Part shown: positions 63,829 through 64,000 of the stretch, one piece after another | Numbering within the stretch: position 1 is the stretch's first letter | Layout of the letters: each line of letters begins with the position of its first letter | DNA from: Candidatus Planktophila sp. | GTDB taxonomy: Bacteria > Actinomycetota > Actinomycetes > Nanopelagicales > Nanopelagicaceae | Direction: 5' to 3' (one strand) | DNA: 64,000 nt | Assembly: GCA_040402275.1 (NCBI GenBank) | Contig: JBBAMW010000002.1 | The notes under the pieces: generated by a model | Databases searched by the model: none | What the model saw: the letters and a program-made list of their open reading frames with translations, nothing else | What the model was told of the DNA's origin: nothing | Program-made: the position numbers and the translations under genes

Positions 63829-64000
63829 GCCAAATATATCCAACCAATCCCGAAAGGATTGCTGAGATAAATAATCCAAGGCGAACTTCATTGAGTTCTG
63901 CCTCGCTCTTAGCAGCGATTTCAGCGATTACTAGGGAAACTGTCATACCCATTCCTGCTAACGCACCGACTCCTGCGATTTCCTTGATATGTAGATGAGC
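63803..64000 (-). CDS. nhaA: Na+/H+ antiporter NhaA, 3' end (partial; not in the supplied ORF track)
   Basis: Minus strand reads ...GVGALAGMGMTVSLVIAEIA...EVRLGLFISAILSGLVGYIWLRRTPASQ*, like the NhaA GIGFTMSLFI C-terminus. Confidence 0.7.
   Translation of the reverse strand, partial: AHLHIKEIAGVGALAGMGMTVSLVIAEIAAKSEAELNEVRLGLFISAILSGLVGYIWLRRTPASQ

Overview
This 64 kb window is gene-dense, moderate-GC core chromosome from a streamlined actinobacterium. Gene order, short proteins and tiny intergenic spacers resemble freshwater acI / Ca. Nanopelagicales such as Planktophila (inference). It carries recA-recX, iclR/leuCD, hup, plsC-gpsA-ddl, thiL, rpmB, recG-rsmD-coaD-sepIVA-yceD-rpmF-rnc-smc-ftsY, amt-PII-glnD-ffh, rpsP-khpA-rimM-trmD, miaB-miaA-dapF-hflX, the dut/trkA/acnA region, fadBA, rnd, the pimB/fadD/glk/plsC region, padR-ino1 and the 3' end of nhaA. 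I found no rRNA, tRNA, CRISPR array, prophage or transposase, and no clear multi-gene novel system. The best leads are regulatory or small-gene signals. (1) The recA promoter carries a RecA-NDp/PafBC-type motif, a LexA box and a long folded leader. (2) The same PafBC-type motif precedes a leaderless 57-aa CxxC-x6-CxxC microprotein. (3) A 157-aa histidine kinase with no sensor domain is coupled to an acyl-CoA synthetase. (4) There is a solo Cas4/RecB-like nuclease with paired CxxC motifs, and (5) a stand-alone LuxR HTH protein with a Cys/His tail. (6) About 20 genes have a leaderless TANNNT-6/7nt-start layout. All product calls come from motif recognition and recalled synteny; no database search was run.
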